Below are positions 53,681-63,955 of a stretch of DNA of 64,000 bases, piece by piece; within the stretch, counting starts at the first letter, position 1; every line of letters starts with the position of its first letter. Origin of the DNA: Minisyncoccota bacterium (GTDB lineage: Bacteria; Patescibacteriota; Minisyncoccia; Phycocordibacterales; UBA6065); contig DASZXC010000001.1 of assembly GCA_035546035.1 (NCBI GenBank), positions 19,538-83,537 on the forward strand, in the 5' to 3' direction. Below the pieces are notes generated by a model. The model ran no database searches. It was not told the DNA's origin and was given only the letters and a program-made list of their open reading frames with translations. A program made the position numbers and the translations under genes.

Positions 53681-54297
53681 AATTCTCTGTCCTTCCTGAA
53701 AATCTGCTCGGCGATACCATATATAGCATAGGTTATGAAGAATGCCGAGAAGACGTCGATTGAATAATGAAGGTGCCCGATGAGCACGACGACGGCGAAT
53801 ACGCCCGAGAGCACCATGAAGCTTATGCGGACCCTCTTGTTATCCCAGAATACGAGAGCCATCAGGAACGGCAGGCCGGTATGGCCCGAAAAGAAAAGCT
53901 GGCCGTCGAAATTGAAGAACCTGCTGAATCCGGTCGGGTCTATGATGATATGGGACGGAAACGGCGCGATATGGGTGAGGCTCGCGAAGATGGCGCGGGT
54001 AACGTAAAAGAGGGCGATGGTCTTGACGATGAACGGCCCGCGGTTCGGCTTCTGAAGCCCTGCCAGGACGATGCAGGCGATCAGGGCATAGCCGCCATAG
54101 ATGAATATGCCGTCGACGTCCACGACAGGCACGTTATCGAGGATGATATCCGTCACCGAGTTGCTCGCTACTCTATCCGCGTATATGCCCGCGCAATAAT
54201 TGACGACGAGGGCGACCAGGAGGAGAAGCCACGCCAAGAGGAAGCGTCTGGTATACGCCTTGTCTTTGAACGAGCGGATGAATTCGAGTCCGATCAT
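53671..54297 (-). CDS. PAP2-superfamily membrane phosphatase-like protein
   Basis: FFSGHTG (PSGH motif) and LIGHLHYSIDV (SRx5Hx3D-like) on a 5-6 TM scaffold. Its stop codon overlaps the tRNA 5' end by about 10 nt. Confidence 0.6.
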   Translation of the reverse strand: MIGLEFIRSFKDKAYTRRFLLAWLLLLVALVVNYCAGIYADRVASNSVTDIILDNVPVVDVDGIFIYGGYALIACIVLAGLQKPNRGPFIVKTIALFYVTRAIFASLTHIAPFPSHIIIDPTGFSRFFNFDGQLFFSGHTGLPFLMALVFWDNKRVRISFMVLSGVFAVVVLIGHLHYSIDVFSAFFITYAIYGIAEQIFRKDRELGL

Positions 54298-56225
54298 GCT
54301 TTTTTCTTCCTGCCGCCCATTAAGATTACCCTAAAGAAATGGAAAAGGTAGAGAGCGGAGATCTTCATCGCGCCCTCGGCCTTGAAACGGCGGGCCGAGG
54401 TCTTTTGGACGAGCTTGGAATCGAATGCAACCCTGCCCTGCCTCGCCACCCTTTTAGCCGTATCGGTATCTTCGCCATAGAATGCGATCGACGTATCATA
54501 TCCGCCCGCTTTTTCCAGAGCCGAGGCGCGAATGAAGCTGTTACCGCCGATCAGGACCGCGCCTTTGTCAAAGAGCTGGAGGAAGCGGCTCATGCCCTTG
54601 TACACGTATTTTTGAGACACGAGGGATACGAACCGGAGCAGAGGGCCGCCGTCATAGTAATCGTACGGACCCGTGACTCCTGTGACGGAAAGATCCGCGA
54701 AATGGGATACGCCGCGTGCGAGCCAGCCGGAATCAGGCAGGCAGTCGGCGTCCATCTGGACGATGATGTCGCCCTGGGCGGACAGGCGGCCGCGCTCGCG
54801 CGCATGGAGGAGGCCTTTCCTCGCCTCGCGGACGACTTTCACGTTGAACGATCCCGCGACTTCGGCCGTGCCGTCGGTCGAGGCGTTATCCACGACTATC
54901 ACCTCATAGTCAGGATAGTCTTGGACGGAGACGGCGCGGAGCGTGGCTGCGATGCTCTCCCTCTCGTTATGCGCAGGGATGACGACGGATACTTTCGGCA
55001 TCTTGATATATTTTCGGGCGGCGACGGCATAGGCTTCGACCCATGCGCGGCCGAGGGAATCTTCGGAGAACTTCTTTACATATTCGCGGGCCGCGCTCCC
55101 CATCTCTCTTGCGGCCGTCTGGTCGCCCAACACCTTCTCTAGAGACCTGGCCAAAGCGACGTGATCGCCGTCGGGAACGGTCGAGCCGAATTCGGGCTTG
55201 ATATGGTCGCCCACGGCTCCCGCTTTGGCGCCGACGGCGGGAATGCCCGATGCGAATGCCTGCATCAATGCGAGGCACTGCGTCTCGATCGGGCACATGA
55301 CGACGAACGCATCAGACGCTTTGTACCATCGAGCCAATTCGTCATGGGAGAGAAAGCCGGTGAATATGACGCTCTCGCCTACGCCCAGGGCTTCGGCGTA
55401 TGAGCGCATCTCTTTTTCGACGGGCCCGTTGCCCGCGATCACGAGCTCGGCATACTGCATGGTCTTTTTCAGTTCGGCGAACGCGCGCAGGACGACGTCC
55501 AATCTCTTTTCAGGGGCGACGCGGCCTGCAGATATGACCGTCGGCCCGACAAGGTTGAACTCCTTTCTCAATCCCGCCTTTTCCCCTGCCGTCGCGGGCG
55601 CGAAGGTCGAAAGCGACAGCGGATTGGCGATGACGTCAGCCGATCTCTTGAATCCGAAGGCTCTCATGCTCTCCAGCACCTCCGGTCCGACGACGGAGAC
55701 GAAGCGGCAGCGGTTGTAATACCAGACGAAGAACCTCTCCATCAGATCTTCTGCCCACTTCGCCCTGATCGGCCCATATACGCGGACGAATTCGCGTATC
55801 AAGGTATGATTCGTGCCCACGAGCGGCACGCGGAGAAGCCGCGAGGCCAAAAGAGCCTCGAAACCCACGCCGAAAGGAGACTGGGAATGTATCGCATCGG
55901 GTTTGAATCGGCGGGCGAACGGAAGGCTCCAGCCGAAGGGTACGGCATTCCTTCCCTGCCCTGATCCAGAATTAGAGAACGGAAGCGACGGGATACGGCA
56001 GACCTGGAATCCTTCTTTTTCAAGATATTCGTCACGCGTCTTTCCTATCGACGCATAATCGGCATCGGAATATCGGGCGGCGACGAAACCGACGCTGTGC
56101 CCAAGCGCCTTCAATCCCCGCGCGACCGCTATGACCGAGTCGGATATGCCGCTCGTTTCGGGATAGAAATTGTCTGAATAGAAAAGTATGCGCATAGATC
56201 TCTGAAAAGGCTGATTATGGCTCAT
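54294..56225 (-). CDS. Bifunctional glycosyltransferase: GT4 (group 1) N-terminal domain fused to a GT2 (family 2) C-terminal domain
   Basis: N-terminal MRILFYSDNFYPETSGISDSV and the EX7E region are GT4-like. The C-terminal KVSVVIPAHNERESIAATLRAVSVQDYPDYEVIVVDNASTDGT contains a DxD-type GT2 motif; 643 aa. Confidence 0.8.
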   Translation of the reverse strand: MSHNQPFQRSMRILFYSDNFYPETSGISDSVIAVARGLKALGHSVGFVAARYSDADYASIGKTRDEYLEKEGFQVCRIPSLPFSNSGSGQGRNAVPFGWSLPFARRFKPDAIHSQSPFGVGFEALLASRLLRVPLVGTNHTLIREFVRVYGPIRAKWAEDLMERFFVWYYNRCRFVSVVGPEVLESMRAFGFKRSADVIANPLSLSTFAPATAGEKAGLRKEFNLVGPTVISAGRVAPEKRLDVVLRAFAELKKTMQYAELVIAGNGPVEKEMRSYAEALGVGESVIFTGFLSHDELARWYKASDAFVVMCPIETQCLALMQAFASGIPAVGAKAGAVGDHIKPEFGSTVPDGDHVALARSLEKVLGDQTAAREMGSAAREYVKKFSEDSLGRAWVEAYAVAARKYIKMPKVSVVIPAHNERESIAATLRAVSVQDYPDYEVIVVDNASTDGTAEVAGSFNVKVVREARKGLLHARERGRLSAQGDIIVQMDADCLPDSGWLARGVSHFADLSVTGVTGPYDYYDGGPLLRFVSLVSQKYVYKGMSRFLQLFDKGAVLIGGNSFIRASALEKAGGYDTSIAFYGEDTDTAKRVARQGRVAFDSKLVQKTSARRFKAEGAMKISALYLFHFFRVILMGGRKKKA

Positions 56226-56793
56226 CCGCTTCTTCGAGCACCGCTGCCAAAGCCTTTTTATATATTACGTAGCAGCCGATGATGAATGCCGGTACCAGGA
56301 TCCAGCCAAGGATATCGTAATAATGGAAGAATTTCACGTAAAAGTCGCCGAACCAGTAGCCAAGGATCATGAACAAGGCGTATTTCGGCACTGCCAGAAC
56401 GAGCGACACCCATATCAGAGTCCAGAACGATACGCGCAATGCCCCTGCGGCTATGAGGACCGGCCCGGGGATAGCCGGAGCGAGCTTGGCGATGACGAGC
56501 GACTTGATCTCGTGCTTGCGGAATGCGCGGTCGAATCTGGCGAGGCTGTCCTGATTCAGCCCGAACTTATGGCCATGCCTGTCTATGAGCGTCTTTCGAG
56601 AGCCCCGGCCGATCGCATAATAGATAATGTCGCCGGCGAGGTCGCCGAGGACGGAGAGCATGAAGACCATCGGCAGGCTGAAGAACCCGAACGTCGCCGC
56701 GAACGCCGCCGCCGACGTCACGATCGGGCCTTCGATGACCATGATGACGAACAGAGCAAGGTATGAAAGATGGCTCAAGATATCCAGCGGCAT
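56215..56793 (-). CDS. DedA/VTT-family membrane protein
   Basis: LALFVIMVIEGPIVTSAAAFAA...GRGSRKTLIDRHG resembles the DedA (SNARE-associated) conserved core; 192 aa. Confidence 0.75.
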   Translation of the reverse strand: MPLDILSHLSYLALFVIMVIEGPIVTSAAAFAATFGFFSLPMVFMLSVLGDLAGDIIYYAIGRGSRKTLIDRHGHKFGLNQDSLARFDRAFRKHEIKSLVIAKLAPAIPGPVLIAAGALRVSFWTLIWVSLVLAVPKYALFMILGYWFGDFYVKFFHYYDILGWILVPAFIIGCYVIYKKALAAVLEEADEP

Positions 56794-56794
56794 A

Positions 56795-56823
56795 TTGATA
56801 GTTTAAGGCTTTTAGGCTATATT
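56795..56823 (+). promoter_or_regulatory. Sigma-70-type promoter (TTGATA-17-TATATT) for tRNA-Ala(UGC)
   Basis: ttgata at 56795-56800, 17-nt spacer, tatatt at 56818-56823, about 25 nt upstream of the tRNA 5' end. Confidence 0.5.
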
Positions 56824-56848
56824 GTCTCGGTCTCTGTGCCGTAAATAC

Positions 56849-56921
56849 GGGCCCGTAGCTCAGTTGGTAGAGCAGCGCTTTTGCAAAGCGAAGGTCAGGA
56901 GTTCGAATCTCCTCGGGTCCA
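56849..56921 (+). tRNA. tRNA-Ala (anticodon UGC)
   Basis: GGGCCCGUAGCUCAGUUGGUAGAGC... has a G3:U70 pair, anticodon loop UUUGCAA and a TPsiC arm with GGAGUUCGAAUCUCC; 73 nt. No encoded CCA. Confidence 0.9.
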
Positions 56922-56937
56922 CAGCATCTCTTCCGTA

Positions 56938-56965
56938 TTGACTTCCGCCCTCTAAAAGCTAGAGT
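56938..56965 (+). promoter_or_regulatory. Putative promoter (TTGACT-16-TAGAGT) that would give a leaderless or near-leaderless mRNA for the 56975 ORF
   Basis: The -10 element ends 9 nt before the ATG at 56975. Confidence 0.4.
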
Positions 56966-56974
56966 TTGGCGAGA

Positions 56975-57418
56975 ATGAAACTATCTGATCTTATATTCAA
57001 AATCGGCGCCCTATTCAATAGCTGGACGGAGAAAAGGTTTTTCGAGCAGTATATAGGATTCGGCTTCATCGACCAGGAGAAGTTCGGCCGGGACCGCAAG
57101 AGCCGGCTCGCCTATTTCGACGCGAAGCTCGCCGAGAAATACAGGCTTCTCCTCGGCAAAAGCCTCGCTATCCTGCGAAAGGAAGCTGACCCCGACATGG
57201 CCGAATGGGCGGACGATCTCCAAGCCGAGCTCTCTGAAAACCTCGAATGTTTCAGGAGGACCGGCATAATGGATCCCGGCCTTTTCCTGGAGATGCGGGA
57301 TTACCTGTCCTCGGAGCGGAGCAGCGAAAGACATGAATGCTATCGGGAATGGATATGCTTTATCCGGGCGCGGGCATTTCTGGACAGCCTCAACCGCTCT
57401 GCCAAAGCAGTCTCGTAA
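56975..57418 (+). CDS. Hypothetical protein (about 148 aa)
   Basis: Plus-strand ORF starting at MKLSDLIF (ATG at 56975; the ORF-track TTG start is at 56966), with a terminator right after the stop. Confidence 0.45.
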   Translation: MKLSDLIFKIGALFNSWTEKRFFEQYIGFGFIDQEKFGRDRKSRLAYFDAKLAEKYRLLLGKSLAILRKEADPDMAEWADDLQAELSENLECFRRTGIMDPGLFLEMRDYLSSERSSERHECYREWICFIRARAFLDSLNRSAKAVS

Positions 57419-57440
57419 TAGAGACTGCTTTTATTATTAT
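57403..57440 (+). terminator. Intrinsic terminator
   Basis: aaagcagtctc-gtaata-gagactgcttt followed by tattattat. The loop contains the stop codon. Confidence 0.6.
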
Positions 57441-57472
57441 GCGTAGACTGCGAGGTATCTTTATTTCCGCCC

Positions 57473-58453
57473 CTATCGTTCCCTCGCGAGGGTTATGACG
57501 TGATCGAGGAATTGCGGCAGGTCGCTCCCTATCGCTTTGACGGATTTAGGCAAAAGAGATTCGGACGTGAGCCCCGGCAAGGTATTGGCTTCAAGGAAAT
57601 AGACGCCTCGTTTCGGATGCACGATGAAATCGGATCGCGAATAGTGGCGGAGGCCGAGCTCACGATGGATGGCCGCGGCGGCCTCCTGGATGGAGCGCTT
57701 GGTCGCTTCGTCGAAATTGCCCGGACAGATCTCGAGCGATGCGCCGCCGTATTTGGCGTCGTAATCGAAGAACGCCGATCTTTCCGGCGGGACTATCTCG
57801 ACGGGCAAGAGCGCATAGTGGCGTTCGCCGCGGAATCCGTCGAGGATGCCGCAGGTCGCCTCCCTGCCCTGGATGAATTCCTCTATGATGACGGAATCGG
57901 AATGCTCGAGCGCTTTCGCCAGGGCGCTTTCCAGATCGAAATAGCTTTTTACGATAGAGACGCCGACGGACGAGCCTGCGGACGCCGGTTTGACGACCGA
58001 AGGCAGGATGATCTCGCGGAAAATGGCGTGCGGGCCTTTTTCATAGACCTCTTCGCGCGAGAGTAATTTATGGGCGGCGAATTTCACCTTGCCTTGCAGA
58101 TTGGCGAGAGCCCTTTTGGCAAGGTGCTTGTTCATGGCGACCGCTGACGGGAACGAAGCCGATCCCGTGAACGGAACGCCGAGATGTTCCAGCACGCGCT
58201 GTATCTTTCCGTCCTCGCCGTATTGGCCATGAAGGGCGATGAATGCGACGTCTACGCCTTTCAACGCGTCAGCAGGGCTCTTTTCGATCCCATGGACGTG
58301 CCAGACGCCGTCTTTGGATATAAAGACATCAAGGCCCTCGTATTTGTCAGGCAGGTGCTTCAGGACCGTATCGCCCGATCTGAGAGAGACGTCGTATTCG
58401 GACGAAGGGCCGCCGCGAAGGACAGCGACCCTGATCTTGTGCGCGAATGGCAT
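57473..58453 (-). CDS. ddl: D-alanine--D-alanine ligase
   Basis: ATP-grasp enzyme with VAVLRGGPSSEYDVSL, HGQYGEDGKIQ and a C-terminal Ddl block; 326 aa. Confidence 0.9.
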   Translation of the reverse strand: MPFAHKIRVAVLRGGPSSEYDVSLRSGDTVLKHLPDKYEGLDVFISKDGVWHVHGIEKSPADALKGVDVAFIALHGQYGEDGKIQRVLEHLGVPFTGSASFPSAVAMNKHLAKRALANLQGKVKFAAHKLLSREEVYEKGPHAIFREIILPSVVKPASAGSSVGVSIVKSYFDLESALAKALEHSDSVIIEEFIQGREATCGILDGFRGERHYALLPVEIVPPERSAFFDYDAKYGGASLEICPGNFDEATKRSIQEAAAAIHRELGLRHYSRSDFIVHPKRGVYFLEANTLPGLTSESLLPKSVKAIGSDLPQFLDHVITLARER

Positions 58454-58471
58454 ACCGGAAGTATACCAAAA

Positions 58472-59728
58472 TTACAGCTTGCCGCGGCGGGGATTCCTCA
58501 TGCGGCGGAGCTTTCGGTGATATGCAATGGCGAATCGATGGGCTTCGCTGTTAGCGAGCAGTATGGCTTTTTTATGCTTTCTGACAAGGGCAATGTCTCC
58601 CATGATGTCCCGCGGTTTATGACGCTCGTCCTTGACTACGGACACGACGGGCGCGACGATGCCGCGCTCGCGGAGCGTCTTTTCGGCCAGGTTCAATTGC
58701 GCTTGCCCGCCGTCTATAACCACGAGGTCCGGCATGCGCCATTCAGGATGCTTTAGGCGTCGCTCGATGATTTCGCGGAGATTTTTCGTATCGTTATTTC
58801 CCGTCTCCGGATTCAATTTGAACCTGCGATATTCGTTTTTAGCGATCTCATTGTCGGAGACGACCGTCATGACGCCGACCGATTCCTTGCCTGACATGTG
58901 CGCGACATCGTACGCCTCGATGCGGAACGACGCGGCGGACATCTGCGCGTCGGGAGCGTTCTCTATCAGCGAAATATCCTCTTTTATCAGGGCGATGTCC
59001 TGTATGTGATCGAGGGCGAACAGCCTTCGCTTGGCTTCGTCGGCCTTTTCGAATTCCAGATTCTTGGCATACATATCCATCTCCCTCTCGAGCATGCGGC
59101 AGAGTTTCTTTTTCTTACCTTCGAAGAAGAGAATGATATGGTCGATATTCTTCTTATACTCCGCGACCTGATCGGCCGTGGCGGTTTCGGGATTCAGACC
59201 GATCTGACGATAGAAATGAGCGGTATATTTCGACGAAGAATTCCCATCAATGAATGGAAACATGCGCCGTATGATCTTCAGCGCTTCGCGAAGCGCCGAG
59301 CCGGACGTGAAAGGTCCGAACGACTTCCGCACCTTGAGCAGCTTCTTCTGCTTCTCGACTTCGAGCGTCCTGCCGCGGATGGTCATGATGCGCGGCAGCG
59401 TCTCGCGGGTGACGACGACATAATTCCAGCTCTTATCGTCCTTCTCTTTGACGTTATAGTCCGGCCAGTGCTTTTTGATGAGGTTCGCTTCGGCGATCAT
59501 GGCCTCGAGCACCGAATCGGTCTCCTGCCATTCGATCGAATCGGACTTGAACACCATGTCCACCATGCGCGGGCCTCGCGTCGAGATGAGGTCGGATGAA
59601 AAGTACGAGCGCACGCGATCCCGCAAAGACGTAGCTTTGCCTATATAGAGGATCACGCTCCCCTTTTTCCAAAAATAGACGCCCGGAACGTCCGGAAGCT
59701 CCAGTTTCTCGAAATCTTCGATAATCAC
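58472..59728 (-). CDS. uvrC: Excinuclease ABC subunit C, short form
   Basis: GIY-YIG domain (GVYFWK...ILYIGKATSLRDRVRSYF) and the UvrC endonuclease/RNase-H-like domain. At 418 aa it apparently lacks the C-terminal (HhH)2 domain. Confidence 0.8.
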   Translation of the reverse strand: MIIEDFEKLELPDVPGVYFWKKGSVILYIGKATSLRDRVRSYFSSDLISTRGPRMVDMVFKSDSIEWQETDSVLEAMIAEANLIKKHWPDYNVKEKDDKSWNYVVVTRETLPRIMTIRGRTLEVEKQKKLLKVRKSFGPFTSGSALREALKIIRRMFPFIDGNSSSKYTAHFYRQIGLNPETATADQVAEYKKNIDHIILFFEGKKKKLCRMLEREMDMYAKNLEFEKADEAKRRLFALDHIQDIALIKEDISLIENAPDAQMSAASFRIEAYDVAHMSGKESVGVMTVVSDNEIAKNEYRRFKLNPETGNNDTKNLREIIERRLKHPEWRMPDLVVIDGGQAQLNLAEKTLRERGIVAPVVSVVKDERHKPRDIMGDIALVRKHKKAILLANSEAHRFAIAYHRKLRRMRNPRRGKL

Positions 59729-59818
59729 AGGCCTATATTGACCTATAGCGCGGACGGAGTAAAGTAAAAAGGAAGACCGATCCGCCCCGGATCGTCAGCA
59801 CAAAACACATATCCCATT

Positions 59819-60178
59819 ATGATTCGCTGTAAAGTGTATCGTACCGGAAGCAAGAAACCGACCGAAATCCGCCTGCCGGACAGCTCTCGGCAAGCGCCTT
59901 TCCTCGCAGAGGTGAAGCGTCAGCTCCGTCTCCGCGGCGAACATGCCCTCGCCGACCCCGACAATTTCGGCGATGCCGGCTATGACCGCATCACCGACAT
60001 GAAGGGCCGCACCCTTTTCCCGCTCGAAGAGCACCGGAAAAGCAAGGTGTGCCATCGCCATGGCGAGGGGCGAAGGCACGTTCCCCAGCACATCGTGAGC
60101 CGGCACGGCTTTAACCGGGCCCGCGACCATGCCGGGTTCCGGCCGATCGCGGTGATGACCTGCGCCGCAGGCGCCTAA
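59819..60178 (+). CDS. Hypothetical small basic Cys/His-containing protein (119 aa)
   Basis: The plus-strand frame has strongly GC3-biased codons like the genome, and a hairpin terminator follows. The competing minus-strand ORF at 59795-60130 is rejected. Confidence 0.4.
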   Translation: MIRCKVYRTGSKKPTEIRLPDSSRQAPFLAEVKRQLRLRGEHALADPDNFGDAGYDRITDMKGRTLFPLEEHRKSKVCHRHGEGRRHVPQHIVSRHGFNRARDHAGFRPIAVMTCAAGA

Positions 60179-60200
60179 GCCTCGAAAACATAGCTTACCC

Positions 60201-60230
60201 AGCCCTGACTTCGGTCGGGGCTTTCATTTG
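60201..60230 (+). terminator. Intrinsic terminator (UUCG tetraloop hairpin plus U-tract)
   Basis: agccctgac-ttcg-gtcggggct followed by ttcatttg. Confidence 0.5.
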
Positions 60231-60242
60231 GCGGGCTCGCCC

Positions 60243-62873
60243 TTATTTCTTCTTCAGGATCTTCTTGAGATACCTGCCCGTGTGGCTCTTCTCGTTCGCC
60301 GCGACGTCTTCGGGCGTGCCTTTTGCGACGACATGGCCGCCGCCCTGCCCGCCTTCGGGACCCATGTCCACGATATAGTCGGCGCATTTGATGAGATCGA
60401 GGTTATGCTCGATCACAATGACGGTATTGCCGTGATCCACGAGCTTCTGGAGTATTTCGATCAGCTTGCGCACGTCTTCGTAGTGAAGGCCGACCGTCGG
60501 CTCGTCGAGAAGGTATACCGTGCGGTGCGTGTCCGGCCTGTAGAGCTCGGCAGAGATTTTGACGCGCTGCGCTTCGCCGCCGGAAAGCGTCGTCGCCGAC
60601 TGGCCCAACTCGAGGTATCCGAGGCCTACGTCAGAGAGCGTGCGAAGCCTGTCGTAAATTGCAGGGATGTCTTCGAAGAATTTAAGGCCCTCTTCTATCG
60701 TCATCTGGAGGATGTCATAGACGTTCTTGCCCTTGTATTCGACTTCGAGGGTCTCTTTCTGGAATCGCTTGCCCTGGCAGACCTCGCACGGCACGTACAC
60801 CGTCGGAAGGAAATGCATTTCCACGGCTATCTCCCCGTTACCCTGGCAAGCTTCGCAGCGGCCGCCCTTTACGTTGAACGAGAATCGGTTGGATTTCCAG
60901 CCGCGCGCCCGGGCTTCGGCGGTCTCGGCGAAGAGATCGCGGATAAAGGTCCACGCGCCCGTGTATGTCGCCGGGTTCGAACGCGGCGTGCGACCGATCG
61001 GCGACTGATCGATCAAAATAGTGCGCGAAACGTATTCGGTGCCCGTGAACGACGCGCAATTGAAGACTTCGTTCGTGCGTTTCCGCTTTTCGAGGCGCGC
61101 TTCGAGGTTCTTGTGGATGATCTCGTACAGGAACGAAGACTTGCCTGAGCCGGATACACCCGTGATGGCGACGAGCTTGCCCAACGGAATATCGGCATTG
61201 AGATTCTTGATATTGAATATGTTGCCGCCCTTGATGGATATCTTGCCTTTGTCTATGTTCCGGCGCGCATCGGGCAGATCCACCTGCATTTCGCCGCGAA
61301 GGTACGCGAGCGTGAGAGAGTTCGACTTGTTCTCTTTGGCCGTGAGGAGCGGCTCGAGATAGCCTGCGACGACGACATTTCCGCCGTGAACGCCTGCGCC
61401 CGGACCGATGTCTACGATGTAATCAGAAGCGAAGATGGTGTCTTCATCGTGCTCGACGACGAGGATCGTGTTGCCTAGATCGCGCAGATTCAAAAGCGTC
61501 TTGATCAAGCGGTCGTTATCGCGCTGATGAAGGCCGATCGTCGGTTCGTCGAGCACGTACAACGCGCCAACGAGACCGGAGCCGAGCTGGGATGCGAGCC
61601 TGATGCGCTGCGCTTCCCCGCCCGACAGGGTATGCGCGCGGCGGTCGAGCGTCAGGTATTCGATACCGACGTCGAGCATGAATTTGATGCGGCTCTCGAT
61701 CTCGCGCAGGACGACTTTGGCTATGTTCTTCTCTTTCTCCGAAAGCTCTATGTCGGAAAAATATTCGAATGCGTCGTTTATGGACATCCTCGTCACGTCG
61801 ACGATCGATTTGCCGCCGATGAGTACGTGAAGAGCCTCTTCGCGGAGGCGCGCGCCCTTGCAGGTCTCGCACGGGTCGTCGCCGAATATGTATTTGGTGC
61901 CGAGGCCGTTGCAGGTCGGGCATGCGCCATACGGCGAGTTGAACGAGAACAGGCGCGGCTCGATCTCCGGATACGCGTATCCGTCATACGGGCACATGAA
62001 TTTGACCGACATCAATCGCTCGCCCTTCGGTTCGTCTATTTTGAGCAAGCCGCCCGACTCGTGGATGGCGCGCTCGACGGCTTCCGAGAGGCGTTCGCGC
62101 ACGGCCTTCGGATCCGACTTGAATTCGCTTACATAGAATTCGTCGATAAGAATGTCTATATCGTGCTTCTTGTTCTTTTCGAGCTCGACGCGCTCGCGGA
62201 GGCGCTTCAGGTGGCCGTCGATCTTCGCCATCTCGTAGCCTTTGCCCAGATAGTCGTAGAGCATCTGGTAGTACTCGCCCTTTCGGCCGACGACGACGGG
62301 CGCGAAAATGCGGACTTTGTCCTTGTCTACGGAGACGCCCATAACTTTGACGCCTTTCTCACCTGCCTTTTCGGCTTTCGCATGCGTAACGCTCTCTATG
62401 ATCGTCTCTAAAATCTCTTCATTCGAAAGGCGTTTGATCTCGCGGTTACAAATGAGGCAGTGAGGATGGCCGACGCGGGCAAAAAGTACGCGGAGATAGT
62501 CGTAGATTTCGGTAATGGTCGCGACGGTCGAGCGCGGATTGTTCGAGCGCGACTTCTGGTCGATCGATATGGCCGGAGAAAGGCCCGCGATCTCGTCCAC
62601 GTCAGGCTTCTGCATCTGGCGAAGGAACTGGCGCGCATATGACGACAGCGATTCGACATAGCGGCGCTGGCCTTCGGCGAAGATCGTGTCGAATGCGAGC
62701 GACGATTTGCCCGACCCGGAGAGGCCCGTGAACACCACCATCTTATTGCGCGGCATCTCTACCGTGATGTTCTTCAGGTTATGCGTTCGCGCGCCTTTGA
62801 CGACCAGCTTCTCCGCGCCGGGATTGAAATCGGTCTTGGCGGCATGCGTGGCTTGATTTGTTTTCCTGTTCAT
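60243..62873 (-). CDS. uvrA: Excinuclease ABC subunit A
   Basis: Two ABC ATPase modules ([12 protein letters not shown] and [12 protein letters not shown] Walker A motifs) with zinc-finger CxxC insertions; 876 aa. Confidence 0.9.
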   Translation of the reverse strand: MNRKTNQATHAAKTDFNPGAEKLVVKGARTHNLKNITVEMPRNKMVVFTGLSGSGKSSLAFDTIFAEGQRRYVESLSSYARQFLRQMQKPDVDEIAGLSPAISIDQKSRSNNPRSTVATITEIYDYLRVLFARVGHPHCLICNREIKRLSNEEILETIIESVTHAKAEKAGEKGVKVMGVSVDKDKVRIFAPVVVGRKGEYYQMLYDYLGKGYEMAKIDGHLKRLRERVELEKNKKHDIDILIDEFYVSEFKSDPKAVRERLSEAVERAIHESGGLLKIDEPKGERLMSVKFMCPYDGYAYPEIEPRLFSFNSPYGACPTCNGLGTKYIFGDDPCETCKGARLREEALHVLIGGKSIVDVTRMSINDAFEYFSDIELSEKEKNIAKVVLREIESRIKFMLDVGIEYLTLDRRAHTLSGGEAQRIRLASQLGSGLVGALYVLDEPTIGLHQRDNDRLIKTLLNLRDLGNTILVVEHDEDTIFASDYIVDIGPGAGVHGGNVVVAGYLEPLLTAKENKSNSLTLAYLRGEMQVDLPDARRNIDKGKISIKGGNIFNIKNLNADIPLGKLVAITGVSGSGKSSFLYEIIHKNLEARLEKRKRTNEVFNCASFTGTEYVSRTILIDQSPIGRTPRSNPATYTGAWTFIRDLFAETAEARARGWKSNRFSFNVKGGRCEACQGNGEIAVEMHFLPTVYVPCEVCQGKRFQKETLEVEYKGKNVYDILQMTIEEGLKFFEDIPAIYDRLRTLSDVGLGYLELGQSATTLSGGEAQRVKISAELYRPDTHRTVYLLDEPTVGLHYEDVRKLIEILQKLVDHGNTVIVIEHNLDLIKCADYIVDMGPEGGQGGGHVVAKGTPEDVAANEKSHTGRYLKKILKKK

Positions 62874-62959
62874 ATAACCGATGGAGCCTATACGAGGCCG
62901 TGCCCCAGGATGGAGCCTGGGGTTATTGCACGCAGTCTAGCATATATCCGGGAGAGCCG

Positions 62960-63955
62960 CTATTTCTCCAGAGCGTTATGATCCGAATCGAATCCGGCAA
63001 AAGAGGTCTCCAACGGATACGCGCGGATCGAGAGGTAATAGTTAGCCAGAGCGAGAGCACCGATCATCGCAAGGACGAGGATGCCGTTCGTGAGGAGATC
63101 ATAGTGATCGAGCTTGCCTCGGAATGCCTGGACGGCGACAGTCGCGATCATGACCAGGGCGACCAGGATGCCGACGGCGAGGAACAGAGCGTTCGCTGCA
63201 TGCCTCGGCGAGGCGGCTGCCTTCTGGAAGAACGTGGGCTTTGCGACAGGCGCAGGGACGGATGATACGGACGCGCCGAGGACGTTATCATCGCCGGCGG
63301 AAGCCGCGGAATCAGAAGAGACCTCTTGAGGCTGTGCAGACGCCTCGGCCGGCACCGGAACAACAGCGTCAGATACAGGAGCCTCATGATGCGCCGGGCG
63401 CGCATAGACCTGGGCGACGAATACGGTCGGAACGCCTTCGTATATGCCCTCGGCGACTCCCGTGCCGACCTCGGTATATTGGGCCTTCTCTATGTTTGCG
63501 CGGTGCGTCGGCGAATCCATCCACGCCCTGGTCACGTCTTCGGAATCGGAAAAATTGATAGCGAGGTTCTCGCCCGCATATTCATAGTCATAGCCGACCT
63601 GATCGAGCCAGTACCACGGAGTCTTCCCTTCGGGACTGACATGAGCGAAATATCCCTTAGCGGCCATATCTTCGGCCTTGAGCTGGGCAGACCTGTCGAG
63701 GACCGGATTATCGGCCAGAGCGCCGAGAGATTCCTTGGCCCGCTCTGCATTCGTGAGATCGCCAAGAACCGCCGGAAGGACCGCGGCCGTGCCCTGGTAT
63801 CCGCCCATGAAGTTCGAAGTCATGCCGAAGAACGCGAGCGCTTCGCCCAAGAGGAGGAAAAGGACGACGTAACGGGCGGCTTCGCCATGCAAAAGATGCG
63901 GGCGATGGCCGTTGCCGCGGTGCGGGACAAGATGGTTTTTTAGCCAAGAAAACAT
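62960..63955 (-). CDS. CAP/SCP (PR-1-like) domain protein with an N-terminal TM and a C-terminal membrane anchor
   Basis: The middle domain (YFAHVSPEGKTPWYWLDQVGYDYEYAGENLAINFSD...AWMDSPTHRANI) matches the CAP/YkwD-like signature. A Pro/Ala/Ser-rich linker and two C-terminal TM helices follow. Confidence 0.7.
   Translation of the reverse strand: MFSWLKNHLVPHRGNGHRPHLLHGEAARYVVLFLLLGEALAFFGMTSNFMGGYQGTAAVLPAVLGDLTNAERAKESLGALADNPVLDRSAQLKAEDMAAKGYFAHVSPEGKTPWYWLDQVGYDYEYAGENLAINFSDSEDVTRAWMDSPTHRANIEKAQYTEVGTGVAEGIYEGVPTVFVAQVYARPAHHEAPVSDAVVPVPAEASAQPQEVSSDSAASAGDDNVLGASVSSVPAPVAKPTFFQKAAASPRHAANALFLAVGILVALVMIATVAVQAFRGKLDHYDLLTNGILVLAMIGALALANYYLSIRAYPLETSFAGFDSDHNALEK

Noticed and set aside
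53535-53729. 64-aa minus-strand ORF
   Set aside because: It lies across the tRNA-Ala(GGC) gene and its terminator.
59795-60130. 111-aa minus-strand ORF between uvrC and uvrA
   Set aside because: The overlapping plus-strand frame has genome-typical GC3 codons and its own terminator, so it is preferred. Confidence is low either way.
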